DNA of 64,000 nt, taken from the NCBI GenBank assembly GCA_050633305.1, contig JBOEGF010000004.1, positions 64,001-128,000 on the forward strand, in the 5' to 3' direction. This stretch comes from Nannocystales bacterium. Its GTDB lineage: Bacteria; Myxococcota_A; Polyangia; Nannocystales; Nannocystaceae. The number at the start of each line of letters is the position of its first letter. Within the stretch, counting starts at the first letter, position 1. Positions 48,808 to 58,998 of this stretch are shown one piece after another. The notes under the pieces are model-generated. The model was given only the letters and a program-made list of their open reading frames with translations, made no database searches and was not told the origin of the DNA. The position numbers and the translations under genes are program-made.

Positions 48808-51453
48808 GTGCCTGCCCCGCACAACTCGGCCGACACCCCGGTGATGCGGCAATTCCTCGGTATCAAGGCCAACTACCCGGACTCGATCTTGATGTTCCGG
48901 ATGGGGGACTTCTACGAGCTGTTTTTTGACGACGCGGTCGAAGCCGCGCCGATCCTCGACATCGCGTTGACGACCCGTGACAAGGGGGTGGCCGACCCCG
49001 TGCCGATGGCTGGTATCCCGCACCACGCGCTCGGAGGATATCTCCGGACGATGGTCGAGCGCGGGCTCAAGGTCGCGATCTGTGAGCAGACCGAGACCCC
49101 GGAGGAAGCAAAGAAACGACCGGGGCCGAACATCGTCAACCGGGAGGTTGTTCGCGTGGTCACGCCCGGGGCGCTGGTCGACGAGGAGCACCTCCAGCCG
49201 GGGGTGCCGAACTACCTTGCGGCGGTCGTCGTCGCCGAGGGTGGCGTCGCCCTGTCTCTGTGTGACATCTCGAGCGCCGACTACTTCGTGCTGTGGGCCG
49301 ACAACAAGGAGGCTGCCCAGGCCGAGCTCGCGCGTTTCGATCCCCGAGAGGTGATCGCCGACGAGTCGCTGCATGGTTGGCTGACCGACTCGCTCGCGCC
49401 CGATGTGCCGCGGCTGGAGTACGCAGAGCCGCCGCCGGCCGTGGTGCGGCGGCGGGTGAAGGCCCTGGCCGAGGAGTCGGGGACCAAGACACTTCGCGAA
49501 TCCGAAGAGGTGGCTGCGGCGACGGTGCTGGCCTATGCCGAGGCGACGCAGCCCGGCCAGACGCTGTTGCTCCATCGGCTTCGTCGGCACGCGCCCTCAA
49601 ACCACCTCGTCCTCGATGAGACCTCGATTCGCAACTTGGAGCTGTTCCGAACCCTGCGCGACGGACTGCGCAAGGGGTCGGTGCTCTGGGCGGTCGATGG
49701 GACCAAGACCGCGATGGGCGGACGCCTGCTCCGACGCTGGCTCGGTGCACCCTCGCGCGATCGGCAGGTCATCGCCGATAGGCTCGATGCCATCGATGCG
49801 TTGGTGGCCGAACCGACCCTGAGGGCCGAGCTTCAGTCTCGGCTCAAGGACGTTCGAGATGTGGTCCGGCTGACCGCGCGAGCGCGCCTGGGGTCGGTCA
49901 ACCCGCGCGAGCTGGGCTCGCTACGCAACTCGTTGGCCGTGCTGCCGGAGATCGAGACGTTCTTGGCCGAACTCGCGGGGCGCCGGACCGATCGCACCGT
50001 GCCGCACCTGCTCTCGTTGGGTGAGGACCTGCTCGAGGACGTGTTCTCGGACCTCGTGGGTCTGCTCGTCGACCAACCCCCGGCGCACACGCGCGAGGGC
50101 GGCATGTTGCGTGCGGGTGCCGACGAGGAACTCGACGAGCAGCGTGGTCTTCGTGATGGTGGCCGTGAGGCGCTCGCTGCAATCGAAACGCGAGAGCGGG
50201 CGCGAACCGAGATCCCATCCCTCAAGGTCCAGCACAACCGGGTATTCGGGTACTTCCTCGAGGTGCCCAAAGCCCACCTGGCCAAGGTGCCACAGGAGTA
50301 CGTTCGCAAGCAGACGCTCGCCAACGCGGAGCGCTACGTAACCGAAGAACTCGCCGCTCTGGAGTCCAAGGTGTTGGGCGCACAAGCGCTGGCGTTGGCC
50401 CGGGAGCAGGAGCTGTTCGAGGCTTTGCGTGCACGGGTCAGCGCGCAAGGGGAGCGGCTGTGCGACATCGGTGAGCGGGTCGCCGCGCTGGATGTTCTTG
50501 CCGGTCTGGCCGAGGTCGCGCAACGAGAGGGCCTTTGTCGCCCCGATGTGGTGGAAGAGCCGGTGCTCGACATCGAGGCTGGGCGCCACCCCGTGGTCGA
50601 GCGGATGCTGGACGCGGGCCGCTTCGTGCCCAACGACGTCCATCTTCACGCGGCTGGAACCGAGGCTGCACGACTGTGGGTGCTCACCGGCCCGAACATG
50701 GGCGGCAAGAGCACGGTCATGCGCCAGACGGCGCTGATCACCATCTTGGCGCACATGGGCAGCTATGTCCCCGCCACGCGGGCGCGGGTCGGTCTCACCG
50801 ATCGTGTGTTTACCCGGGTTGGCGCAGCGGATGACCTCGGTCGCGGCGACAGCACGTTCATGGTGGAGATGCGGGAGACCTCGCAGATTCTCGCCGCGGC
50901 CACGCCGTCATCGTTGGTCTTGCTCGACGAAATCGGCCGGGGCACGGCGACCTTCGATGGACTCGCGTTGGCGTGGGCAATCACCGAGCATCTGCACGAT
51001 CAGGTGGGTTGCCGCACCATGTTTGCAACCCACTATCACGAGCTGTGCGCACTCGAGAATGTGCTCAGCGGCGTGCTCAACATGCACGTGATGGTGCACG
51101 AGCAACGCGGACGTATCGTGTTCCTGCACCAACTCGCCGAGGGGGCGGCCGGGCGGAGTTATGGGGTGCAGGTGGGACGCCTCGCCGGGCTCCCTGCGAG
51201 GGTCCTCCGGCGTGCTGCCCGGATCCTCGAGCGCCTCGAAGCCAATCCGCAGGGGGGGGCGTCTCCGCAGCTCTCGCTCTTCTCGCCTCAGGCCGGCGAG
51301 GCGGCCAGCCTCGGAGCGCCCGGCGGGCCTGACCCTGCGGCGGCAACCGAGGTGTTGGATGCGCTCGCGGACCTCCAGATCGACGACCTTTCGCCTCGTG
51401 CGGCCCACGACCTGCTCCGTGACCTTGTTGCGCAGCTCCACGGCGGCGAGTAG
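48808..51453 (+). CDS. mutS: DNA mismatch repair protein MutS
   Basis: TPVMRQF, FRMGDFYELF, TGPNMGGKST, STFMVEM, LDEIGRGT, FATHYHEL, C-terminal QLSLF clamp-binding motif. Confidence 0.98.
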   Translation: MPAPHNSADTPVMRQFLGIKANYPDSILMFRMGDFYELFFDDAVEAAPILDIALTTRDKGVADPVPMAGIPHHALGGYLRTMVERGLKVAICEQTETPEEAKKRPGPNIVNREVVRVVTPGALVDEEHLQPGVPNYLAAVVVAEGGVALSLCDISSADYFVLWADNKEAAQAELARFDPREVIADESLHGWLTDSLAPDVPRLEYAEPPPAVVRRRVKALAEESGTKTLRESEEVAAATVLAYAEATQPGQTLLLHRLRRHAPSNHLVLDETSIRNLELFRTLRDGLRKGSVLWAVDGTKTAMGGRLLRRWLGAPSRDRQVIADRLDAIDALVAEPTLRAELQSRLKDVRDVVRLTARARLGSVNPRELGSLRNSLAVLPEIETFLAELAGRRTDRTVPHLLSLGEDLLEDVFSDLVGLLVDQPPAHTREGGMLRAGADEELDEQRGLRDGGREALAAIETRERARTEIPSLKVQHNRVFGYFLEVPKAHLAKVPQEYVRKQTLANAERYVTEELAALESKVLGAQALALAREQELFEALRARVSAQGERLCDIGERVAALDVLAGLAEVAQREGLCRPDVVEEPVLDIEAGRHPVVERMLDAGRFVPNDVHLHAAGTEAARLWVLTGPNMGGKSTVMRQTALITILAHMGSYVPATRARVGLTDRVFTRVGAADDLGRGDSTFMVEMRETSQILAAATPSSLVLLDEIGRGTATFDGLALAWAITEHLHDQVGCRTMFATHYHELCALENVLSGVLNMHVMVHEQRGRIVFLHQLAEGAAGRSYGVQVGRLAGLPARVLRRAARILERLEANPQGGASPQLSLFSPQAGEAASLGAPGGPDPAAATEVLDALADLQIDDLSPRAAHDLLRDLVAQLHGGE

Positions 51454-51508
51454 GCGCCCGGGGCCTGCCACCTGCCGCGGTTTCGTGTTAACGTCGCCGA
51501 AATCCGCC

Positions 51509-52576
51509 ATGAACACGACGGCAAAAGGTCTTCTCAGTGTGTTGGCTCTGTCCCTGGCGCTTGGCGCTGGCTGCGACAAGGACAAAGGAACCAACAATCC
51601 CGATGATGGGAGCAACCTGCTTGGCGTCGGCGGTGGCGGCGGAGGCGACGAGGACCTCGAAGGAGGCCTGTTCGGCGGCGAGGACGACGAGTTCGAGCTC
51701 GACGAGAATGCCGCGTGGGAGCCCGAGCCGCGTCCGAAGCTTGGCAAGCGAGGCAAGGCCACGGAGAAGTGCAAGACGACGGGCAAGGGGAAGAACAAGA
51801 CCAAGGAGTGCAAGATGGTCGACCCCAAGGCCGGCGTCAGCGCTGCGTACGGGGTCTACGCGCTCATGGAGGACTTCCGTTGGGGCATGAGCCCCGCCCA
51901 GGTGTACTCCGTTCTCTCGCGCGAGATTGAGACCGAGTACGAGAAGCGGCAGAAAGAGGCGAGCGACGCGACCGCTCAGGATGCGAACCGCCGGTGGCGT
52001 CAGGATCAGATGGCCTCGCTCAAGGCCGACCACACCAAATTCACCAAGGCCTCTCGCCATCGCTGGGGCGTCTCGCTCATCCAGTTTGAGTACGAGGACG
52101 ACAACAACGAGGCGATGCTCTTTGTGCGGACGGGCAACGGCCTTCGGAAGTTCTACTTCTTCAAGGACGACGAACTCTGGAAGATCTTCTACGCCTACGG
52201 CACCGACGTCTGGCCCGGCAAGAGCTACGAGGACATCGCCAAGGAGAAGTTCATGGAGTGGTTCGGGCAAGCGCCCGAGGTGAAGATCAAGGCCGACGAA
52301 AAGACCGGCTCGATGCTCATCCGCTACAACGAGTGGAAGTCGCAAGACAACGACATCGTGCGCTCCTACGATCTCACTCAGGTCCACGGTGCGATCGGAC
52401 TGACCGTGATCGATGGCAACGCCGAGAAGAGCATCGGCGAGCGTCTGCCCACCGGGCGCAAAGAAGGCGACCTCACGGACGCGGTCGATGACATCGTGGG
52501 CGGCACCGACGTTTGTTACAACGAAGAAGGCGACATCTCCGAGTGCTCGGAGAAAGAGGCCATGGGCCTCGAGTAG
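51509..52576 (+). CDS. Lipoprotein, unknown function
   Basis: Lipobox LGAGC; acidic then Lys-rich segment; FRWGMS and FYFFKDDELWK in a globular region. Confidence 0.75.
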   Translation: MNTTAKGLLSVLALSLALGAGCDKDKGTNNPDDGSNLLGVGGGGGGDEDLEGGLFGGEDDEFELDENAAWEPEPRPKLGKRGKATEKCKTTGKGKNKTKECKMVDPKAGVSAAYGVYALMEDFRWGMSPAQVYSVLSREIETEYEKRQKEASDATAQDANRRWRQDQMASLKADHTKFTKASRHRWGVSLIQFEYEDDNNEAMLFVRTGNGLRKFYFFKDDELWKIFYAYGTDVWPGKSYEDIAKEKFMEWFGQAPEVKIKADEKTGSMLIRYNEWKSQDNDIVRSYDLTQVHGAIGLTVIDGNAEKSIGERLPTGRKEGDLTDAVDDIVGGTDVCYNEEGDISECSEKEAMGLE

Positions 52577-52785
52577 CCGAGCATCTCCGGCCCACGCAGC
52601 GGCGGCATCCTTTTCCGAAGCCCAGGGTTGGGGTTGGAGTTGGGGTCGCCGCTTTGTCGTGGTCCCGAGACGCACCGGGCCGTTGGGCGCCGTCCCTCGG
52701 GCTCGGGCTCTGCGGCACCGTCGGCCCAACTTGGGGCCCCCCGGCGCTTGCATCGGCGCCTGGACGGCCCGAAGAGAGTCAGGCT

Positions 52786-53451
52786 GTGGCAGGTCGACGC
52801 ATCGTCATCGTGGGAGCTGGGGGATTTGCTCGGGAGGTGCGGTGGTTGCTGCACGAAATCGAGCGCGACGGGGGCGAACGGTTCTCGTTTGCGGGATACG
52901 TCGTCAGCGACCTCTCAGCGCTTGGCGAACACGACAGTCGTGACGAGGTCCTCGGCGACCTAGGATGGCTTCACGAGCACCGTGACGCCTTTGACGGCCT
53001 CGCGATCGGCATCGGGTCGCCCGCCACCCGCTTGAGCATCCCACAGACCCTCCACGGGTTCGCGCAGGACCAATGGCCCGCCCTGGTCCACCCCTCGGTG
53101 CAAGCGGACCGGGAGTCGTGTGCGTTCGAACCGGGCGCGATCGTGTGCGCCGGAACCATCGCAACGGTCAACGTCACCGTGGGTCGGCACGCGCTGGTCA
53201 ACCTCGCCTGCACGATCGGCCACGAGGCGAGCATCGGGGCCGGCAGCGTACTCAATCCCACCGTGAACATCTCCGGCGGCGTACAGATCGGGGAGGGCGT
53301 CCTGGTGGGTACCGGCGCTCAGGTCCTGCAATACGTCGAGATCGGCGACGGCGCGACCGTAGGGGCCGGCGCCGTGGTGACCAAGGCCGTCCCGTCAGCA
53401 TCGACCGTGGTCGGCATCCCCGCCAAGCCGCTGCTTCGCCGCGCCGCCTGA
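52786..53451 (+). CDS. NeuD/PglD-family sugar acetyltransferase
   Basis: IVIVGAGGFAREV, AIGIGSP..R, LVHPS, hexapeptide repeats, VVGIPAK. Confidence 0.9.
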   Translation: MAGRRIVIVGAGGFAREVRWLLHEIERDGGERFSFAGYVVSDLSALGEHDSRDEVLGDLGWLHEHRDAFDGLAIGIGSPATRLSIPQTLHGFAQDQWPALVHPSVQADRESCAFEPGAIVCAGTIATVNVTVGRHALVNLACTIGHEASIGAGSVLNPTVNISGGVQIGEGVLVGTGAQVLQYVEIGDGATVGAGAVVTKAVPSASTVVGIPAKPLLRRAA

Positions 53452-53462
53452 GCGGCACGGGT

Positions 53463-56078
53463 TCAGCCGTCGGCGTCGGTGCCCGACTTGAAGTACATCG
53501 CCGCAGTTCGTTCTTTCTCGCCGGCCATGTACGTGACCGACTTGCTGCGGATGCCCGGGGGCCGCTCGGCAGGGACGGTCCCATGCGGGATGTCTTTGAC
53601 GACGGACTCCATGTAGTCGGCCCACAGCGGGGTGACGGTCGTGTAGCTGGCCTCTTCGTCGCCCATCGAGCGCTCGTAGTGGTCATCGCCCATCCATGCC
53701 GCCGTGACGTACCGGGAGGTGAAGCCGACGAACCAGGTGTCGGTCGTATAGGCGTGCTTCGATGCGGTGCCGCTCTTGCCGCCCGAAGGCACGCCGATGC
53801 GTTGCGCCCGTCGGCCGATCCCGCTGGTCACGACGTCGCGCAGCATCTGGGCGATCAAGAACGCGGTCCTCCGGTCGATGGTCTGGGTCGGGGGTTGGGT
53901 GCCGAGCCTCGCCATGGCATCGAGACGGCCGCGGAGGTCCATCGCGCCGTCGTGGGGGTGTCGGGCGTCGAGGATGACGGCACCGCGTTTGTCGGTCACG
54001 CGGCGTACGTAGACGGGGTCCCAACTCAGTCCCTGGCGTGCGTAGATGCCGAACGCGCGGCTCATCTCGTCCATCTTCACGCAGCTGGCTCCCAAGGACA
54101 GGGCTTTGTCCGCGATGAACTCGGTGGTGAAGCCCAGGCGTCGGGCCCATCGCACGACGTTGTCGGCCCCAAGACGGATGAACAGCCGGATCGAGGGGAG
54201 GTTGAGGGAGTGGATGAAGGCGTTGCGCAACAGCACCTTGCCCTCGATCGTTCCGTGGATGTTCTGCGGGTTCCACTCCTCGCCCTCGTCGGGTTCGTAG
54301 GCGTGGTCCTCGAGCACCGAGCCCATCGTGTACTTCTCGGTGTCGAGCGCGTAGGCGTAGTAGATGGCCTTGAAGACGCTGCCGGGCTGCCGACAACCTT
54401 GGGTGGGGCGGTTGAACTGGCTGCGGTCGTAGTCGACCCCGCCTTGGACCGCCTCGGCGTAGCCCGTCTCGTGATCGGCGGTGTACAGCGCCGCCTCGTT
54501 GCGTGGCGTCTGTCCGAGCTCAACCTCGATGCGTTTCTCGGTATTTCCGCCCGCCGGTCGCTCTTGAAATCGTTCGGGAGCTCGACGCACCCAGATGACA
54601 TCGCCCTCCTGGAGAGCCTTGCGCACGTCATCGATGGTGCGTCCGTTGACGCCCGAGTTCCGGTCGTACTTCGCCGCCCAACTCATCGAACGCAGCGGCA
54701 GGAAGGCTTCGATGCTGCCCACGCGGACCTGAGCAAAGCGCCGGTCGAGCTGGGTCACGACGCCGAGACGGAAGTAGGTGTCGTCGTCGAGCGCTGTGGG
54801 GCCGTACTCGGCGGTTGCCCGCTCGACGAATGTGGGGATGTCGGCGGGCTTCAAGCTGGCGACGGGTCCCCGGAAGCCCTGTTTCCGATCGAGTTTCCGG
54901 ACCGCCCGGTCCACGGCGGCCTCCGCGTCCGCTTGAACGGTCGGCACCAGCGCGGTCTCGATCTGCAGCCCCTCGGTGAGGACGGCTTGCTCACCCAGTG
55001 AGGTCTGCGTCCATTGCCGAACATGCTCAGTGTAGTGGGGCGCGCGGGCACGGAAAACGTCCGGCTTGCTCACCAACGTGATGGGCTCGTCGTTCGCGGC
55101 GTCGCGTTGCGCCTCGTCGATGTAGCCGGCCTCGACCATGTCTTGCAGGACGACCGCGCGTCGTTTGGTGGCGCGCTGCGGGTTGGATACCGGGCTGTAG
55201 CGGCTGGGCGCGCGGGCGAGCCCTGCGATGAGCGCACACTCGGCGAGCGTGAGGTCTTCGAGCTCCTTGCCAAAGTATCGGCTCGCTGCGGACGCGACCC
55301 CGTAGGATCCATGACCGAGGAAAATCTTGTTGAGGTAGATCTCGAGGATGTCCTCTTTGGACAGGGTTGACTCGACCCGGACTGAAAGAATCGCTTCGCG
55401 GAACTTCCGGGTCAGCGTCTGGTCGTCGTTGAGGAAACCCTTGGCCACCTGCTGGGTGATCGTGCTTCCGCCCTGCGAAATCGTGCCCGCGCGGTAGTTG
55501 GCCAGTGCAGCGCGGGCCAAGCCGCGGTGGTCCAGGCCGCCATGTTCGAAGAAACGACGGTCCTCGGCGGCCAGCACCGCGTGCACCAAGTCCTCGGGGA
55601 CCTCGTCGTAGCGAGCGTACGCTCGGTGTTCCCGGGCCAGCTCGGCGAGCATGGCTCCGCCGCGGGCGTAGATCCGCGTGACGCCAGGCGCCCGGTCGCT
55701 GTAGTCGGTAATGGTCTGAATCGGCGGGAGCCCGGAGGCGAAGTGCCGATAGATGGCGACCCCAAGCCCCGCCGCGATCAGCAGGACGACGAAGCCGAAA
55801 TACGCGGCGAACCGAAGCAGGTAGCGGAACAGCCCCGCCTGGGACCGGTTCACGACCCAAAGCCGGACCGCTTGGCCCTCCGCAGGCGGGCGCCAGGCCA
55901 GGTCGAGATCACCTTCCGGCTGCTGACCCGGGTCGGAGCCGCGCTCCCCCGACGCACCAAGCCCGAGGCCGTCGTCGGACTCGGGCTTGTTCGGCGTTTT
56001 AGGCCTGGAGCCGGAGGCGTCTTCTGCAGACGCCTTCGACTTACCCCGCTTCGGGGTCGGGTTGCTCGGCGCTGCCAT
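53463..56078 (-). CDS. mrcA: Class A penicillin-binding protein 1A
   Basis: AEDRRFFEHGGLD, QGGSTITQQ, RKFRE, YLNKIFLG; transpeptidase RQPGSVFK, SLN, KSGT. Confidence 0.93.
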   Translation of the reverse strand: MAAPSNPTPKRGKSKASAEDASGSRPKTPNKPESDDGLGLGASGERGSDPGQQPEGDLDLAWRPPAEGQAVRLWVVNRSQAGLFRYLLRFAAYFGFVVLLIAAGLGVAIYRHFASGLPPIQTITDYSDRAPGVTRIYARGGAMLAELAREHRAYARYDEVPEDLVHAVLAAEDRRFFEHGGLDHRGLARAALANYRAGTISQGGSTITQQVAKGFLNDDQTLTRKFREAILSVRVESTLSKEDILEIYLNKIFLGHGSYGVASAASRYFGKELEDLTLAECALIAGLARAPSRYSPVSNPQRATKRRAVVLQDMVEAGYIDEAQRDAANDEPITLVSKPDVFRARAPHYTEHVRQWTQTSLGEQAVLTEGLQIETALVPTVQADAEAAVDRAVRKLDRKQGFRGPVASLKPADIPTFVERATAEYGPTALDDDTYFRLGVVTQLDRRFAQVRVGSIEAFLPLRSMSWAAKYDRNSGVNGRTIDDVRKALQEGDVIWVRRAPERFQERPAGGNTEKRIEVELGQTPRNEAALYTADHETGYAEAVQGGVDYDRSQFNRPTQGCRQPGSVFKAIYYAYALDTEKYTMGSVLEDHAYEPDEGEEWNPQNIHGTIEGKVLLRNAFIHSLNLPSIRLFIRLGADNVVRWARRLGFTTEFIADKALSLGASCVKMDEMSRAFGIYARQGLSWDPVYVRRVTDKRGAVILDARHPHDGAMDLRGRLDAMARLGTQPPTQTIDRRTAFLIAQMLRDVVTSGIGRRAQRIGVPSGGKSGTASKHAYTTDTWFVGFTSRYVTAAWMGDDHYERSMGDEEASYTTVTPLWADYMESVVKDIPHGTVPAERPPGIRSKSVTYMAGEKERTAAMYFKSGTDADG

Positions 56079-57309
56079 CCACGTTGGGGTTGTCGGCGAA
56101 GTTCTCGAGCGCCTTGATCGCAGCCTTCTCGGCCTTGTTCATGGACTCGAGGTGGTCCTTCGCGCGCTTGAGCAGTGCGTTGCGCATGATCATTGCGTTG
56201 CGGTTGGGCTCCATGCCGACCGCGTAGTCGTAGATGGCTCCGCCAGCGCGCAGCAAGGTGACCTGCCCGGGCGCGGCGCCCTTGGGGAAGACCTTGGTCT
56301 CGCTGCCGAGGCTCTCGAGGACGGTGTAGCCGAGGGCTTCAGCGGCCTTGCCTTCGGGGCAGGGTTTTGCGGTCTGCAGGGTGGGCTCTCCCTCACCAGC
56401 GGCACAGACAGCCCCGACCGCGGCGACAAGGACCGCGCCCTTGTCCGTGAACTTGACCGCGAACTGGCTCGGTCCGCCGCCGGACTTGAGCGCTTTTTCC
56501 TGCGAGGAGAGGAACGCCGAGAGGTACCCGAGGTCTTTTTGGAGGCGGGTGGCCTCGTCGTAGAGCTCGAAGGTACGGCGGACGCCGTTGGAGTGGATCG
56601 CGGCGAGCTGCCAGCCGAAGAGCTGGTCGACGTTCACCTTCTTGGCGAAGCTCTCCTTGACCATCGTGTCGATCTCGGAGGCTGCGCCAGCGGGATCGGT
56701 GGCCATCTTCTCTTCCCACGTACCCATGGCCTTCGAGACATCGATGCGGGCATCGGAGATCTGTTGGACCGCGGCCGCCATCTCGGCACCCTTCGCGGAG
56801 GCTGCCTCGTTGGTCTCGGACTTGCGCGTGATCTTGGAGACGAAGAAGCCGCCGATCGCGCCCAGGCCGATACCGAGGATTCCGACGAAGATCGCCAGGC
56901 CCGCGTTGCCCTTGGACGGCATCTCGCCGCCACCGGCATCGATGAGGCCGTCACTGGGGTCGAAGCCACCGCCGCCGCCGCCGCCGAACGGATCGTCGCT
57001 GACGGGTGCGGCCGGAGCAGGTGCGGCCTGCGCGACCGGTGCTGCTGCGTAGTCGGACTGCGCGGGCGCTGCTGCGGGCGCTGCGTAGTCCGCTGCCGCT
57101 GGCTGCTGCGCTTGCGGGGCAGTGGCGGGCTCGGGTGCCGGAGCGGGCGCGGCCGGGGCGGCTTCCACCGGCGCGGCTGCGACAGGCTCGGGTGCCGGAG
57201 CGGGCGCGGCTTCTGGAGCCGGCGCGGGCTCGGCCGCCTTCTTGTTCTTCTTTGCGAGGCGCGCTTTGAGGGCGGCCAGGTCGGTTCCGGGTTTCTTCGG
57301 TTTGCTCAA
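56041..57309 (-). CDS. Conserved-looking bitopic membrane protein with Pro/Ala-rich cytoplasmic N-terminus
   Basis: DLAALKARL, AP-rich linker, DDPF motif, one TM, helical C-terminal region; TTG start inferred. Confidence 0.7.
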   Translation of the reverse strand: MSKPKKPGTDLAALKARLAKKNKKAAEPAPAPEAAPAPAPEPVAAAPVEAAPAAPAPAPEPATAPQAQQPAAADYAAPAAAPAQSDYAAAPVAQAAPAPAAPVSDDPFGGGGGGGFDPSDGLIDAGGGEMPSKGNAGLAIFVGILGIGLGAIGGFFVSKITRKSETNEAASAKGAEMAAAVQQISDARIDVSKAMGTWEEKMATDPAGAASEIDTMVKESFAKKVNVDQLFGWQLAAIHSNGVRRTFELYDEATRLQKDLGYLSAFLSSQEKALKSGGGPSQFAVKFTDKGAVLVAAVGAVCAAGEGEPTLQTAKPCPEGKAAEALGYTVLESLGSETKVFPKGAAPGQVTLLRAGGAIYDYAVGMEPNRNAMIMRNALLKRAKDHLESMNKAEKAAIKALENFADNPNVDGSAEQPDPEAG

Positions 57310-57376
57310 GGCTCGTCCCTCGATCGTTTGCCAAGCGGTTCGTGGGTCGGACCTTGGTAGGCCTTCCCAGCGCCGA

Positions 57377-57406
57377 ACCATAGTGACAGGGCAAGAGGTG
57401 TGTCAA
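57377..57406 (-). promoter_or_regulatory. sigma70-type promoter for the membrane protein-PBP1A unit
   Basis: TTGACA-N18-TATGGT on minus strand. Confidence 0.65.
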
Positions 57407-57593
57407 CGCCGCGGCTCGCGCTTTCGCGCGGAGCTGGGGGCGAAGTGGGCAAGGTCGCCAGGGTGACTCGTTTCAAGGGCCATTGAAGTTCCCACGCGCC
57501 TGCGCCTGTGTGCAGGCCGTCAGGCGGGGTTGCCGGGGCGGCCCGGTGCGTCACACCCTCACGGGGGCGACGCTTTGTCGTCTCGAAGCTGCC

Positions 57594-58985
57594 ATGTCTT
57601 CCGCACCCGACCGCCGAGATCGTTCGTCCTCTCCTCCCGTGGTGGGCGTATTCGGCGGGAGTTTCGACCCGCCGCACCTGGGGCACGCGCTGTTGGTGGC
57701 GTTGTTGCGGGCGCAAGGTGAACTCGATCGACTCATCGTGGCGCCGGTGTACGACCACCCGCTCGCCAAGGGAACCAAGACGCCCTTCGCAAAGCGGCTG
57801 GCGTGGACACGCGCCGCGATGCAGATGTACGGCGACTTCGTGGAGGTGACCGACCTCGAGCGAACGTTGGCCGAGGCCGACCCCGAGCGCCCCAGCTACT
57901 CGCTCCGGCTGCTCGATGCCGTCGCCGCCCAGCACCCCGGGTCGGAGGTCCGCTTGGTGATCGGGTCGGACATCGTGTGTCGCGGGGAGACGCAACGCTG
58001 GCATCGATGGGAGGACATCGAGTCTCGCTACTCGCCACTGGTCGTCCCGCGGACCGGCTACGCGGAGTCGGCCGACTGCGTCCTCCCCGAGGTTTCGAGT
58101 TCTGACGTTCGAGACGCAGTCTCCCGCGGTGACTGGGACGCGGTGGGGCGCCGGGTCCCTCGCGCAGTGGCCGAGCTGTTGCGGACGCCGGACCAGGGGG
58201 ACCTGTGGGTCATCGGGAACGGACACGTCGCCCGCCACGCGGAGCCGTGGCTGGTCGAGCGTGGCTACCGCGTGCAGCGGGTGTCGGGCCGGGCGGTCAC
58301 TGCGGGCAAGGTGACGTGGCCGGCCCAGACCCCGGTCGCGGTCTGGATCCTCACCTCCGACAACGCGATCGAGCCGGTCGCCCAGGCGTTGGCCGACGCC
58401 GCGGTGTTGCCCGCGGGGGTGCCGGTGTTCCATGGTGCCGGCGCGCGCTCCTCAGCGGCGCTGCTCGGTCCGCTTCGGCCTCGCCATCCGGTGGGCAGCT
58501 TGCACCCGATCTGCGCCCTGCGTCGGGAACGGAGCTGGCCCAGCCTGCTCGGGCAAGCGAGCTTCGGTCTGGAAGGGGACCCGCACGCGGAGTCGTTTCT
58601 CGAGGCCCTCGTCGCGCCGCAGTCGTTCCTTCGGTTGGGGTCACTCGATGCTCGGGCGCGGCTGGCCTACCACGCGGCGTGCGCCCTCGCGGCCAACCAT
58701 CTCAGCGTGCTCGAGGCCCAGGCCACCGCTGTCCTCCGTGGCCAGGGGCACGCGGAGGAGGCTGCGGAGGCGGCGGTCCGAACGCTGATGTTGAGTGCCT
58801 TGTCGAACCTGCACGCGCTGGGCATCCCGCGCGGAATCACGGGCCCGATGTCGCGGGGAGATGTCGGGGCCATACAGGCCCATCTCGCGGCGCTCGATGA
58901 CCCGACCCGGAGCTTGTACGCGCGCTTAAGCGACGACCTTGGGGCGATCATTCGCGCTGCAACGCCGGCCGAATCCGAGTTGTGA
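57594..58985 (+). CDS. Fusion: NadD-like nucleotidyltransferase + Rossmann/DUF2520 (PanG-like) reductase
   Basis: FGGSFDPPHLGH, VIGSD, EVSSSDVR; then VIGNGHVA, GSLHP, YHAACALAANH, TGPMSRGD...HL in one frame. Confidence 0.85.
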   Translation: MSSAPDRRDRSSSPPVVGVFGGSFDPPHLGHALLVALLRAQGELDRLIVAPVYDHPLAKGTKTPFAKRLAWTRAAMQMYGDFVEVTDLERTLAEADPERPSYSLRLLDAVAAQHPGSEVRLVIGSDIVCRGETQRWHRWEDIESRYSPLVVPRTGYAESADCVLPEVSSSDVRDAVSRGDWDAVGRRVPRAVAELLRTPDQGDLWVIGNGHVARHAEPWLVERGYRVQRVSGRAVTAGKVTWPAQTPVAVWILTSDNAIEPVAQALADAAVLPAGVPVFHGAGARSSAALLGPLRPRHPVGSLHPICALRRERSWPSLLGQASFGLEGDPHAESFLEALVAPQSFLRLGSLDARARLAYHAACALAANHLSVLEAQATAVLRGQGHAEEAAEAAVRTLMLSALSNLHALGIPRGITGPMSRGDVGAIQAHLAALDDPTRSLYARLSDDLGAIIRAATPAESEL

Positions 58986-58998
58986 CCGGTCAATCCTG

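Noticed and set aside
53073..55001. Long antisense or alternative-frame ORFs (this one, also 1064-2539, 9069-10619, 31977-33503, 41362-42933, 58939-60714)
   Set aside because: They shadow well-supported genes, lack recognisable motifs, and are expected in high-GC DNA with few stop codons
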